A stretch of DNA of 34,437 nt from a virus (lineage: Duplodnaviria; Caudoviricetes). The stretch spans positions 1 through 34,437 of the IMG/VR virus record IMGVR_UViG_3300032212_000101, one strand, 5' to 3'. Shown in pieces: positions 7,780 to 17,696 of this stretch (position 1 is the first letter of the stretch; every line of letters starts with the position of its first letter). The notes beneath the pieces are model-generated. The model was not told the origin of the DNA. It searched no databases and saw nothing but the letters and a program-made list of their open reading frames with translations. The position numbers and the translations under genes are program-made.

Positions 7780-9164
7780 AATTTAGTCGGATGGAATGGG
7801 CCGTGTTTAGATTGATTCGCCCCCATATCTGTGTCTATATCTGAGAATGGCTCCCCGTCGACACCTATCGGATTTACTCCTGTCCAATACTTAGCCCCGT
7901 TACCAATACAAGGACTTGTACTTTTTAGCGAGAAATCACATGCTGTAAAGTCTTTTAAATTAATATTAGTGAATTGTGGGTCGCCACTTGCATAACCAGC
8001 CGTAACCATAGCAGCATCAATTGCCGCGCGTGTTGTTGTATCTGTAGTTAGGCTTGGGGGTAAACTTGTGCTATCGGTAGTAGTCCATGTATTATCTGCC
8101 CCGTCTGGATACTCTAAAGCACCACCGCCGTTAAACGATGGATAAAACAGATTGTTATTTTCTGTGAACGTGCCAAGCGTGTTCGCATTTGTATCAATAA
8201 AGCCAGCGGATTGATTGTAAGCAATACTATTTCTGATAGTAAACGTAGCTGCATAAGTAGCGTGCATCCAAGCAAACAAGTGCGAATTTACATCTATAGC
8301 GTTATTTATTGTTAAGTTGCCAGATGTTGCAACTGTTGCTGTATATGCTCTATGCCCCGCAAAGAATGATATAGGATTATTCAATACAACATGGTTTGCT
8401 GCCTGATTCTCAACACCGCTAGCAACACCACAGAATAAGTACTTACAATTATTGTGTGTGTGTGTTCCACTTGCTGCTCTATGTCTTACATTTGAGCTAT
8501 TCGCATACATAAAAGTACAGTCATTAACTGTCATGTCTGTGAAGTTAGAATCAATGTTATAGGTAATTTGAGCAGCAATAACTTTTATAGTTTCTAAACC
8601 GGCATCATATCGCGCATAAACAGTGCTATAACCAAGTGTGTCAATATCCCCCCACCCTAAACGCTCATTTTCCAATGTTGTAGCATCGATATTTCCATGC
8701 GGGTTGCTACCATCTGCAATTTGGTATTGAAGTTCTTCTGCGCCCTGTCCTGCTATTGTGCTGGACTCTTGGAACTGACCATTGATAGTGGCTGCATTAG
8801 GTTTTGTTAATGACGGATTACCGCCCCCCGCAAGCTCAATATAATAAGCATTAGGATTAGCTGTGCTTTGAGTCCACTTATAAGTCGATGAGTTCAGGTC
8901 AACGCCACCACTTATAAAATTATTATTAAAGTTAAGCGTTTTAGTATTACCATCGCCCGACCAAGCCGAAAGATTTAGATAAGGATCATGGAAAGAGCTG
9001 GAACCTACCACAACCTCTAGCGAATGAGCACCGCTTGTAGGCATAACTACATCAGCTATTGATTGGTAAGCATCCTGCACAATGCCGTTAGCATCCGGTG
9101 TACCGCCATCAGGGTCGCCATTATTCGCCCCAGTTGCTCTTTTATCTAGGTAATAGACAGTCAT
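7776..9164 (-). CDS. Tailspike-like right-handed beta-helix protein (possible depolymerase)
   Basis: YY.D..ATGANNG N-terminus; Asn-rich beta repeats; DPQF...DFSLKSTSPCI.NG...DMGA C-terminus. Confidence 0.65.
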   Translation of the reverse strand: MTVYYLDKRATGANNGDPDGGTPDANGIVQDAYQSIADVVMPTSGAHSLEVVVGSSSFHDPYLNLSAWSGDGNTKTLNFNNNFISGGVDLNSSTYKWTQSTANPNAYYIELAGGGNPSLTKPNAATINGQFQESSTIAGQGAEELQYQIADGSNPHGNIDATTLENERLGWGDIDTLGYSTVYARYDAGLETIKVIAAQITYNIDSNFTDMTVNDCTFMYANSSNVRHRAASGTHTHNNCKYLFCGVASGVENQAANHVVLNNPISFFAGHRAYTATVATSGNLTINNAIDVNSHLFAWMHATYAATFTIRNSIAYNQSAGFIDTNANTLGTFTENNNLFYPSFNGGGALEYPDGADNTWTTTDSTSLPPSLTTDTTTRAAIDAAMVTAGYASGDPQFTNINLKDFTACDFSLKSTSPCIGNGAKYWTGVNPIGVDGEPFSDIDTDMGANQSKHGPFHPTKL

Positions 9165-9166
9165 AA

Positions 9167-9634
9167 TTAAACACCTTGTGTAACCATAACAACTTGAACT
9201 AAGCCAGCAACACCGTTGCCAATAGCTGCATGAGTGGCGTTAGCTGGAATACCAACAATTAAATCAGGAGCAGCGCCACCCGCTGTAGAATCGCCAGATT
9301 TAATAATCACACCTGCATTAGCAATAATATTAGGAGTTGTTCCAGTTAAGCCCAGATTAGCTTGTGCGTCTGCCGCGCTAGTTCCGAAGGCGAGTATTGC
9401 ATATTCCTCAATACCCGTAACTTCAAGGCTTTGCAGGAGCAGTCTTTGTGCGCCTGTCGCAATAGCGAATGTTGTGCCGTCTTCATCTGATGAGATCCGC
9501 CCCGTGTAACTAGAAGGCTTAAAACCGTCTATTGTATGCTTTGCGCCGTTACTATAATTCTGCAAAACCTTAGATTGCGGAAAATCGTCTTGTCTGCTGC
9601 CCGGAATTTGTGCTTTACCTGTACCTGTACTCAT
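9167..9634 (-). CDS. Putative virion structural protein
   Basis: AGGTAG RBS before Met 9634; Gly/Ala/Thr-rich; in the tail module. Confidence 0.6.
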   Translation of the reverse strand: MSTGTGKAQIPGSRQDDFPQSKVLQNYSNGAKHTIDGFKPSSYTGRISSDEDGTTFAIATGAQRLLLQSLEVTGIEEYAILAFGTSAADAQANLGLTGTTPNIIANAGVIIKSGDSTAGGAAPDLIVGIPANATHAAIGNGVAGLVQVVMVTQGV

Positions 9635-9650
9635 AATATCTACCTTTAAT

Positions 9651-10427
9651 TTATTCAATAATTTCCATTGATAGCCAAGACGTTCCACCACCTATCTGAG
9701 TGATACCAGCAGTGGTGGATACATTAACTGTGAAATAATCGCCAGCAACTACGGATATAATTGGTGTCCAAGCTGGCTCTGTTGCATTTGTTCCACTTGG
9801 AAGCGCACTAACCTTTCCGGGGTAATCTGTTGATAAACCATTTTTATACAATATTAAATTTGGAGTGCCACCAACCATATCAATAGCAAAGCCAACCCTT
9901 ACCTTTGTCACTCCGTCTGGAACTGTTACGCGCTCTGTATTTACAGATGTGCTATGGATGCTATCAGTATCATAATCATTAGTATCGAATGTTGCAGGGT
10001 CAGCGATTGATATATTTGAAGACTGATAAGCCAAACACCCTCTATTCGTTTCTTTTGATGAGGCTATATTGTATCCATCACCAGCTTGATTTACTTTTAA
10101 AATAAAAGACGTGTTTGATATTAATGTAATGTCGCCTGCAACACCATCTATTGTATCTAACGCCGTAGCTCTATCAACAGTTATAACGCCGGTTCCTATA
10201 TTCTTTATAGTAACCTCAAAATCACCACTATCACTCGCAGCTAACACAGTAGCAGCGTCTGGAAGAGTCACAGCAAAAGTACCATCACACTCAATCAAAT
10301 CCCTGTTGTCGCTCTCAGCTACGCTATAAAGCGCTGTTTTTGCTTGAGCTGCTTGTTTAAAGTTAGCATCTAACTCAGTATGCGTTAAAGCTGAGCCTTT
10401 GCCTGCTCTTGTTGTGATAGTACTCAT
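9651..10427 (-). CDS. Tail fibre / receptor-binding protein
   Basis: TTRAGKGSALTHTELDANF virion-anchor motif; C1q-like beta C-terminal domain. Confidence 0.7.
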   Translation of the reverse strand: MSTITTRAGKGSALTHTELDANFKQAAQAKTALYSVAESDNRDLIECDGTFAVTLPDAATVLAASDSGDFEVTIKNIGTGVITVDRATALDTIDGVAGDITLISNTSFILKVNQAGDGYNIASSKETNRGCLAYQSSNISIADPATFDTNDYDTDSIHSTSVNTERVTVPDGVTKVRVGFAIDMVGGTPNLILYKNGLSTDYPGKVSALPSGTNATEPAWTPIISVVAGDYFTVNVSTTAGITQIGGGTSWLSMEIIE

Positions 10428-12211
10428 TCGTTGTCCTCTTGATCTTTAATAGCTTTAGCAAAAAACACAGCATCGCTAATTAGCTTTTTATGCTTTTTTG
10501 GTATGGTTGCGAGCTTGGCTTCTAGCTTATTTAGGCCAACATCTGGTCTAAGAAGTAATTCTGACAGTTCTTGAGCGCTGCGCTCTTTAGCTGGTACTGC
10601 TTTTATATACGCCTTAGCTACATTTTCAGCATTCTTACCAGCTCTAACGACTGTATTAGTTAATTCAGCACTATTTCTTGTTAGTTTTTGAGCTAGGTTT
10701 CTTGATACTTGACCAATCAAAGGAACGGCAACAGCGCCACCAGTTCCAAATGCAGCCGCACCTCCAGCAACACCAAGCGAACCCATTAACATATTGGAAG
10801 CCTGTCCTTCACTGAAACCAAAGCGGCCAAGCATTTTGGCTACATTTTGCAACCCAGTACCCTGAACAACTTCTCGCATAGCATCTTTTTCTTCTTGTGA
10901 AAAGCCAGCCATTTTCTTTTTGTTATTTAGCATCTGTCTAAATTGCGTTCTTATTCCGTTCTCAAATCCGGTCGCTTGAAGTCTCGCTCTATCGAAAGCG
11001 TCTTCTATTAATTCGGATTTCTTAGCCCTCTGCCATAACTGGCGAGCATCCCTAAATTTTGCACCTACATCACCTCCGCCACGTTTAAAGTCTTGTGCGG
11101 TAAGGCCGTCCATAGTGTCATCAATTTTATTAACAATTAATGAGCCGAGCCTCTTCTCTGATGGGTCTATGCTTGCAGAAGCATTCCTAGCTACTTTCCG
11201 CAGAGTGTCTAACTCTGTTACGCTCAAATCCGTATCTGAAACATTTGAAAATCGTTTTAAAACAGTGTTAACTTTTGGTTGAATATCAGCATCAAAGCCT
11301 TCTTTTGAAGCTAAAGATCGCAATTCTCTTCCCAATCTATCAACGCGGCTAGAATCAATAACAGCACCAAGGTCGTCAATTTCTTTATACACCTGTCTTG
11401 CGGCGGTTTTTAAACCGTCGATTGTTGGGGCGCTCTCTTTTAATAACTTTTTAGCGCCAGTAGTCGTTAATTTTTTACCAGTTTGAGTGATGACGGCTCC
11501 AGAAATAGGAAAGGCTATTGAGCCTATAAATTCTCCTAGCTCTCTACCTGTCTCACCTTCACCACCTAGAGCAATATCAGCTGCTTCGCCTGCTTCACCA
11601 CCTAATTCTAAGCCTGCACCAGCCAGTCCAACACCCGCTACATCCTGACCAGCCGTAGAGCCGCCTAATTGCTGTGTAACTCTTTGTCCTACCGTCTGAG
11701 CGCCTGCCTGAACAGCTGGAACAGCTTTAGCCGCAGTCCGCATCATAGCGCCACCAACGGCACCCGGAGCGATTAACTCGCCACCAGTTCTAATAACGTC
11801 TTTTGCCAGTCCTTCTTCCATAAATTGACCAGTGGTAGCCGCCTGTCCTAATTCAGTCTCACCTAGTGTTGGCGTTTCAAATGCGCCGGTTAATTGACCA
11901 ACCGCTTGAACAGGTTTGCCAACAAAGAAGTCAGCAACATCTACCGCACCACGGCTAATAGCACTACCTAGCTCAGCCAAAGCGCTGCCACCGGGAGCCG
12001 CTAAAATCTCTTGATTTAGCTTATCCATAAAGCCTTTATCAGCTTGAGGCGTTTCACGTGTAACGTCTTGAGCCTGTGGCTGCATAGGTTGCGCCTGAGC
12101 AGGCTGTTGTGCTGCAAATATCTGCTCCAATTCTGCCTCAGTAGGCGCAGACTCACCTATAAGCTTTAAAGTTACACCTGTATTTGGGTCTGTTACTCTA
12201 AATGTTGGCAT
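10424..12211 (-). CDS. DNA ejection protein (P22 gp16-like position)
   Basis: Large Ala/Gly-rich helical protein, third of three coupled genes. Confidence 0.65.
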   Translation of the reverse strand: MPTFRVTDPNTGVTLKLIGESAPTEAELEQIFAAQQPAQAQPMQPQAQDVTRETPQADKGFMDKLNQEILAAPGGSALAELGSAISRGAVDVADFFVGKPVQAVGQLTGAFETPTLGETELGQAATTGQFMEEGLAKDVIRTGGELIAPGAVGGAMMRTAAKAVPAVQAGAQTVGQRVTQQLGGSTAGQDVAGVGLAGAGLELGGEAGEAADIALGGEGETGRELGEFIGSIAFPISGAVITQTGKKLTTTGAKKLLKESAPTIDGLKTAARQVYKEIDDLGAVIDSSRVDRLGRELRSLASKEGFDADIQPKVNTVLKRFSNVSDTDLSVTELDTLRKVARNASASIDPSEKRLGSLIVNKIDDTMDGLTAQDFKRGGGDVGAKFRDARQLWQRAKKSELIEDAFDRARLQATGFENGIRTQFRQMLNNKKKMAGFSQEEKDAMREVVQGTGLQNVAKMLGRFGFSEGQASNMLMGSLGVAGGAAAFGTGGAVAVPLIGQVSRNLAQKLTRNSAELTNTVVRAGKNAENVAKAYIKAVPAKERSAQELSELLLRPDVGLNKLEAKLATIPKKHKKLISDAVFFAKAIKDQEDNE

Positions 12212-13308
12212 TATTCCACCGTTACCTGAAAACGTCCGACAGTTGTTTGACCTGCTGCGCCGGTTTTTTCAGCTTCTTTTTTTTCATTCTTTTTAAGCTT
12301 AACCCAATCTGCAACACTATTACCCGGCGTACTTAAGAAAACCGCAGCTTCCTCCAAGTTATTAGCAAGCTTTTCTTGTGCTGCAATCTTGTTATTAGCC
12401 CAATTTATCAACTCAGGCCCATCTAGATTTGTTGGTAGCGCAGTATTTAAGGCTAAATTCAATTCACCCTCAGACAGCGCACCAAATGTAACCGAGCCAA
12501 CAACGTCTAAGCCTAACTGATTCTTAAGCGTATTTAGTTTAATTGTTTCAGCTCTAAAGCTTGGCAATTTATCAGCTAATGGGCCGGTTTCCGCACCATC
12601 ATCAACCAAAGAGATGACCTCTCTTAAATTGGCTACGTTGCTTCTAATTCCAGAAACCTTATCAAACGAATCTAAAGCGATTTGAGCCGTTCCTTTGCCT
12701 ACTTCGCGCTCTTGCGCCCTTAATCCCTGCAATTCAGCACCACGGGCCTCAGAAGCTTCTACAAGCTCCTTATTAGCTTCATTTGCTGGCAATATCTCAA
12801 CTGTGCCATCTTTGCGCACCAATTGAACCAGTCCGCCCGGCAGAATCTTTGAAGATTGAACCTCTGCCTTGCCGGTTGCTGATTGAGCCAATCTAGCCAG
12901 CCCTTGAGGGCCAAGCTGTAACAATGTTTGTTTGTCGTCATCATCAAATAACGTGCTTGCCTGAACTTTTTGGCTAAATTCATTAGGGTCAGTTATTCCA
13001 GATGTTAAAGCCGTAGCTTTTTTAACCGTGTCGTCTAACTCTAACTGTTGAGCCTTACCTAAGCTTGCACGTAATTGAGCTAATTTAGCGCCTTGATCAA
13101 CAAAGCCAGCTTGAGCCATTTCCGTAGGCGTAGCGCCCATCTGTTGAAGCTGCAAAAGCCTGTTCTGTCGGTCTTGCGCAGTTTGTGCGCCTTGCAATTT
13201 AATATCACCAGCCTGCAACTGTTGTGCAGCTTGTCTACCACCAACGACAGCGCCCAGAATATCTGGGCCTTGTTGTGTCGCTATCAGTCTATTAATACCG
13301 TTTGCCAT
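12211..13308 (-). CDS. DNA ejection protein (P22 gp20-like)
   Basis: Q/A-rich N-terminus; LGLDVVGSVTFGALSEGEL motif; synteny. Confidence 0.65.
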   Translation of the reverse strand: MANGINRLIATQQGPDILGAVVGGRQAAQQLQAGDIKLQGAQTAQDRQNRLLQLQQMGATPTEMAQAGFVDQGAKLAQLRASLGKAQQLELDDTVKKATALTSGITDPNEFSQKVQASTLFDDDDKQTLLQLGPQGLARLAQSATGKAEVQSSKILPGGLVQLVRKDGTVEILPANEANKELVEASEARGAELQGLRAQEREVGKGTAQIALDSFDKVSGIRSNVANLREVISLVDDGAETGPLADKLPSFRAETIKLNTLKNQLGLDVVGSVTFGALSEGELNLALNTALPTNLDGPELINWANNKIAAQEKLANNLEEAAVFLSTPGNSVADWVKLKKNEKKEAEKTGAAGQTTVGRFQVTVE

Positions 13309-14600
13309 TACGCATTAATCCTAGTTGGGCCAGCGAACACCTGACCGCCTGTAGTAAATCCACCGCCTAGCAATGGGTTTTGCTGTGGCTGAGGGGTAAA
13401 CGCACCACCGAGAGCCGCTAAGCCTACGCCCTGCTGTAGTGCGCCGCCTATTGCTGATTGTTGACCTAATCTACCAGCCGCTTGAGCTTGGCCTTGAGCT
13501 GCCAGTAAATTAGCTGTATTAGCGCCTGCTGTTTGTCCTGCTGATGAAAGTGAGCCAGCCGCACCACGCCCAACATCGACTAAACCGGCTAATCTATTTA
13601 AACGCTGATTAAACTGATCGCTAGTTAATCCATATTGAGTTAACAATCTGTTTTGCTCTTGTTGAGCTAAAGCCTGTTCATCTGATAGCTGCTGTCTTTG
13701 AAGCCCTTGCTGCTGAATGGCTTGTTGATTAGCTAATTCACTTAAACCAATTTGCTGTCCTAACTGCTGCGAGCCTAATCCGAATTGCTGAACATCGCGG
13801 CCTAACTGCTGTTGAAATTGAGTGCCTGCCGCCTGATTTCTTGCTTGACTAGCCGCTAATTGACGCTGAAATTCATCACCTATAGATTGAGCTGCAAGCC
13901 CTTGACCAAGTCTTTGAGCCTCTATTAATCTCTGACCTGAGCCAAGTGATCTATTTTTGCCTAATTGACGCTCTAAAACCTGCTCACCCATTTCACGCTG
14001 AAATGCTAAAGCTGGATTATCTAACGCTGCTTGTGGGTCAAATCTAAACTGTTCTAATTGCGGGGCTTGGCCTAATGTTGGCGCTCGTACTGCCTGCCCT
14101 TGAAATCTCTGTAAGGTCGGGGCTTGAACCGCTTGCCCCTGAAACCGCTGTAACTGTGGAATGGCTGGAGCTTGCTCAATGCCAGCTTGGAATTGCTGCA
14201 AAGCACCACCCTCTCTACCTAGAATCTCTCTACGGCCTGTAGTTGGGTCAATCCTAAACCCTTGCTCATCAATGCTACCCATTCCGCGCAATGTCTCAAA
14301 ACGCTCTCTCTCATGCGGAGCCAGTCTAGAAGGGTCAAATATTCTATTGAATTGAGGGGTTCCGGTGGCAGCTTCAAGAAACGGCTGGAATTGTTCTTGG
14401 GTTATATCAAATTGTCTTTGAGTTTCAGCTATACCAGCTTGAGCGGCTCCGGCTTGAGTGCCTGCTGCGCTTCTTGCAGCGCCAGCAGCATCTATTCCAC
14501 CACCTAAAGATGCGCCTATAGCGGCACCAGCTGGCCCACCGACTAGAAAGCCTAAGCCACCGCCTACAGCTGTTCCTACAAAATCAGATAAACCGCCCAT
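13308..14600 (-). CDS. DNA ejection/pilot protein (P22 gp7-like)
   Basis: Gly-rich hydrophobic N-terminus; AAQAGIAETQRQFD..QEQFQPFLEA motif; Q-rich. Confidence 0.75.
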   Translation of the reverse strand: MGGLSDFVGTAVGGGLGFLVGGPAGAAIGASLGGGIDAAGAARSAAGTQAGAAQAGIAETQRQFDITQEQFQPFLEAATGTPQFNRIFDPSRLAPHERERFETLRGMGSIDEQGFRIDPTTGRREILGREGGALQQFQAGIEQAPAIPQLQRFQGQAVQAPTLQRFQGQAVRAPTLGQAPQLEQFRFDPQAALDNPALAFQREMGEQVLERQLGKNRSLGSGQRLIEAQRLGQGLAAQSIGDEFQRQLAASQARNQAAGTQFQQQLGRDVQQFGLGSQQLGQQIGLSELANQQAIQQQGLQRQQLSDEQALAQQEQNRLLTQYGLTSDQFNQRLNRLAGLVDVGRGAAGSLSSAGQTAGANTANLLAAQGQAQAAGRLGQQSAIGGALQQGVGLAALGGAFTPQPQQNPLLGGGFTTGGQVFAGPTRINA

Positions 14601-14612
14601 TTTTTCACCTTT

Positions 14613-14628
14613 GCTGTCTCACGACAGT
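14613..14628 (-). repeat. Late-gene leader hairpin ACTGTC-GTGA-GACAGC (copy before the gp7-like gene)
   Basis: Identical to 18820-18835; GNRA-type loop. Confidence 0.75.
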
Positions 14629-14660
14629 TTCAATAATTATAACTTATATTAAGATAAATT

Positions 14661-15527
14661 CTAGTTATCAACTAGAACTATATGCAGCCTTCCATCAATA
14701 TCAGCGCTACCAGCATCAACAACACCTGTAACTCTAATATCTGTTTTTTCTGGAATAGGGTCTGTTGATTGCTCAATTAAATTTGTAGGGTTTCCGCCAT
14801 TCAATGTAATAAAGCTATCGAACAAATTACGCCATGACTCATAATTATTGTTTGAATCTGTATTATACAGCCTAGCAACCCCGTATAGCTTGCATTCAGC
14901 AGCAGCACCGCCGCCGCCGGAGGTTTTAATCCATGAGAATCTACCACCACGAATATAAGCTGTTTTACTTGCTGGAACCGTAAAAAATAACTGTTGTGAC
15001 TGTCCTTGACCAGTAGATATAAAGCATTGCGTTGTTCCACCTGTAACAGCTTCTATTGCTATGTCGCCTGCATTTTTCTCGCCACTACCTACTTCACCTA
15101 CCCAAGCCCTTAAGACTCTAAGATATGTTTGTGTTGTAGCCGCAGAAGCACTAGCACCAGCTGTAACCAACGTATCAGTAATTATATTGTAATCAGCATC
15201 AAGGCCAATTACATGTACTTCCTGTGCGCCTGTGCCTGCTGCGGTGTCTGCAGCATTGCCACCCGCTGCTACACGAATCGTTGAAGCCGCTGTTAGATAT
15301 AAAAACGTACCACCGGGCCATATTACGGCGCCTGCAGAAGTTACTGCAGGATTACGCCCGAATTTTGTTTCGCTAGAATAGCCGTTGACATTCCCCTGAT
15401 CAACCTCAAAAAAGAAATCTTTATTCATGTTTCTATACACATATTTATAGAGGTTAAACAGCCAATCACGCCACTGAATGCCGAATATATTAATGCCTCG
15501 TGGTGGTGGCTCAAGATTATCATTCAC
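14661..15527 (-). CDS. Virion protein following the nozzle (tail needle/accessory position)
   Basis: PPPR...WRDWLFNLY N-terminal anchor; synteny. Confidence 0.6.
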   Translation of the reverse strand: MNDNLEPPPRGINIFGIQWRDWLFNLYKYVYRNMNKDFFFEVDQGNVNGYSSETKFGRNPAVTSAGAVIWPGGTFLYLTAASTIRVAAGGNAADTAAGTGAQEVHVIGLDADYNIITDTLVTAGASASAATTQTYLRVLRAWVGEVGSGEKNAGDIAIEAVTGGTTQCFISTGQGQSQQLFFTVPASKTAYIRGGRFSWIKTSGGGGAAAECKLYGVARLYNTDSNNNYESWRNLFDSFITLNGGNPTNLIEQSTDPIPEKTDIRVTGVVDAGSADIDGRLHIVLVDN

Positions 15528-17040
15528 TTACATCCACCTCTATAGCTTCAACCTCTATTTGCTCATCGCCTGAGAAGGTCAACTTATGGTTACGCTGTCT
15601 AAATCTGCCTAATCTGGTTAATTTATTATTGTGATTCGATAAATCCAAAGTGCGGCCTGTGTTGTAATTGTCATTGCCCTCATCAGACCATTGAACCGTC
15701 ATTTCTTGGGTGCTAGCCTCTGGAATAGCGACAAGCTTTAAATTATCAGCGTATTTATAGTTTCTATTTCCATAATCAACTGGGCCGGGTATTAATACCA
15801 TTTCAATATTATCGCCTGATTGCCCTGTATCAGATATGTAATTAGCGTCAACGTAGCCAGCTTCTACATATATCTGCGCCTCTGTTAAATCCTGCGGGTT
15901 TTTATCATCTGCTATGGTGATTATGTCGCCATTAGATAAAATCCCGTTACCGGCCCTCGTAGACGTGCTTTGAGTCCATCCAACAACCGGACAATCATCG
16001 ATACCCGTTTGCATTAATTCCCAAAAACCCCAAACACCATTAGAGGTATCTAATACTAGACTAGATAAAGGCTGGATAGTCCCTGATACATAATTAGTGG
16101 TTAATATATAAAAACTTCTACCAGCCGTAGAAAACCCATCTGCAACCAGCTCTAAACTATCCGTAATAACAGAAGATGTTATAAACGTGTCTACGTCACT
16201 GGTTGAAATCTTCTGCAATTGGAAGTTATTCAATAAATTAATATTTAAATCACCAGCAGGATTAAGGTTTACAAAATAAATACTTTCGCCATCCTGCCAA
16301 ATAGTATCGAAATTAACCGTTCCTATATCATGACTAATATCCGTTCTAGGACTTAATGATGAGCCTGTTGGATTGGCAGCATCATAGAAAAACTCTAATG
16401 ATCTAGTGCCAAATGCGGCTATATGCTCGTTATGTTTGGTTAAAAATACCCCGTTATCGGGTGAGATTTCAGCACTGATAAAGTTCAATAAGCCCCAAGT
16501 TGTCGGGTCTTCCAAATCGCTTTCCCATATCTCGCCATTGGTAGCCATAACAAATAGCTTGCCATTAAGGCTAGCACCACCCTTACATAATGTTAGTGCA
16601 GGCGTTTGATTAGGTGGAAACCCTGTAGAAGTAATACTTACCAATGTAGTAGAAGCACCGGATGTTATATACCAACCCTCATTATTCTCAGGGTCGATGA
16701 TTACTAAATTATCACCTACCTCGAAAAAGTATATTTTATCCGTACCGCTTGATAGCGCTACACCTAAAGGCGCTGAATAATTACCCTTATAAACTGTGTC
16801 ATCGTTTACAAAATATAAAGCAGAAACCTTATCCCAATAATAAACACCTCTACCCTTAGCGTCTGCCACCGTAGCGCTGGCATCTTCAAATATATTCACA
16901 CTAGGGCGCTGAGTGGCAAAATATCGGCCATCAGCATATTGATTGAAAATAGCGTTAGTAGATGAGCTAGAAGCTACATTGACAACACCACCAGAGAAAT
17001 TATCTATTGATAGCGTAGTGGTAACAGGTATGCGCGGCAT
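15520..17040 (-). CDS. Tail nozzle / packaged-DNA stabilisation protein (P22 gp10-like)
   Basis: SAE..PD, FGTRSLEFF and WSDEG...R.GRFRQR motifs; beta-propeller-like composition. Confidence 0.85.
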   Translation of the reverse strand: MPRIPVTTTLSIDNFSGGVVNVASSSSTNAIFNQYADGRYFATQRPSVNIFEDASATVADAKGRGVYYWDKVSALYFVNDDTVYKGNYSAPLGVALSSGTDKIYFFEVGDNLVIIDPENNEGWYITSGASTTLVSITSTGFPPNQTPALTLCKGGASLNGKLFVMATNGEIWESDLEDPTTWGLLNFISAEISPDNGVFLTKHNEHIAAFGTRSLEFFYDAANPTGSSLSPRTDISHDIGTVNFDTIWQDGESIYFVNLNPAGDLNINLLNNFQLQKISTSDVDTFITSSVITDSLELVADGFSTAGRSFYILTTNYVSGTIQPLSSLVLDTSNGVWGFWELMQTGIDDCPVVGWTQSTSTRAGNGILSNGDIITIADDKNPQDLTEAQIYVEAGYVDANYISDTGQSGDNIEMVLIPGPVDYGNRNYKYADNLKLVAIPEASTQEMTVQWSDEGNDNYNTGRTLDLSNHNNKLTRLGRFRQRNHKLTFSGDEQIEVEAIEVDVSE

Positions 17041-17390
17041 TATAGCCACTCCGATGGAACAGGTTCAGAAACATAGTCCATTGCTAGTACTTCTGTGATC
17101 TGCTCTACAGCACTACTAGCGCCTTGAAGTATCATTTGCTTAACATCGGCTGGAGGACTAAAGAAAGACAGCCTAGACGCTGCCATAAGGTCGCACAATG
17201 GAATAATTACCTCATCAGGAACTTCTGTATCTTCCCAGCTAACCAGATGACGAGTATAGAGCATAGCTTTTATCTGATCGTATGCTTCCTCAATAATAGT
17301 CGTGTCGTTTGTTTCTGGCGTTGCATCCCCGTCAACGACCTTCATAGATTGCAAACATTGTAACCCGACTTCCGCTTTAGTCTTCGCCAT
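17040..17390 (-). CDS. Head-tail adaptor (P22 gp4-like)
   Basis: TK.E....L..M.V.......P N-terminus; VPDEV..PL..L.A; synteny. Confidence 0.65.
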   Translation of the reverse strand: MAKTKAEVGLQCLQSMKVVDGDATPETNDTTIIEEAYDQIKAMLYTRHLVSWEDTEVPDEVIIPLCDLMAASRLSFFSPPADVKQMILQGASSAVEQITEVLAMDYVSEPVPSEWL

Positions 17391-17652
17391 TCTCTAACGC
17401 CTCTATATCGGCCTTGATCTTATCCACACCTGATTTATGATGCGGCTTTTTACCCGTAATACTTTCGTAAGCATCTCGAGCAGCTTGTAATTCGTCATCT
17501 ATCTCTTTTACTTCAGGTTTATCACCATCAAAGTCAGGGTGATTTTTCATCTTATTAATAATTGTTTCGCGTGTTTCTTCTACCGCCTGACCATTCATTA
17601 GAGTGTGGCCGTAATAATTATTAATTCCTTTGCCAGTGTAAGTAAATTTCAT
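17377..17652 (-). CDS. Small head-associated protein with a C-terminal HeH/LEM-like motif
   Basis: ARDAYESITGKKPHHK.GVDKIKA.I; immediately after the capsid gene. Confidence 0.6.
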   Translation of the reverse strand: MKFTYTGKGINNYYGHTLMNGQAVEETRETIINKMKNHPDFDGDKPEVKEIDDELQAARDAYESITGKKPHHKSGVDKIKADIEALENGED

Positions 17653-17662
17653 TTATCATCCT

Positions 17663-17689
17663 AAAAGACGGGAGAGCCGAAGCCCTCCC
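17663..17689 (-). terminator. Intrinsic terminator after the major capsid gene
   Basis: Minus strand GGGAGGGC-TTCG-GCTCTCCC followed by GTCTTTT. Confidence 0.75.
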
Positions 17690-17696
17690 TGATTGG

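Noticed and set aside
14076-14156. 39-bp tandem duplication (LQRFQGQAVxAPT)
   Set aside because: Ordinary internal repeat in a Q-rich ejection protein.
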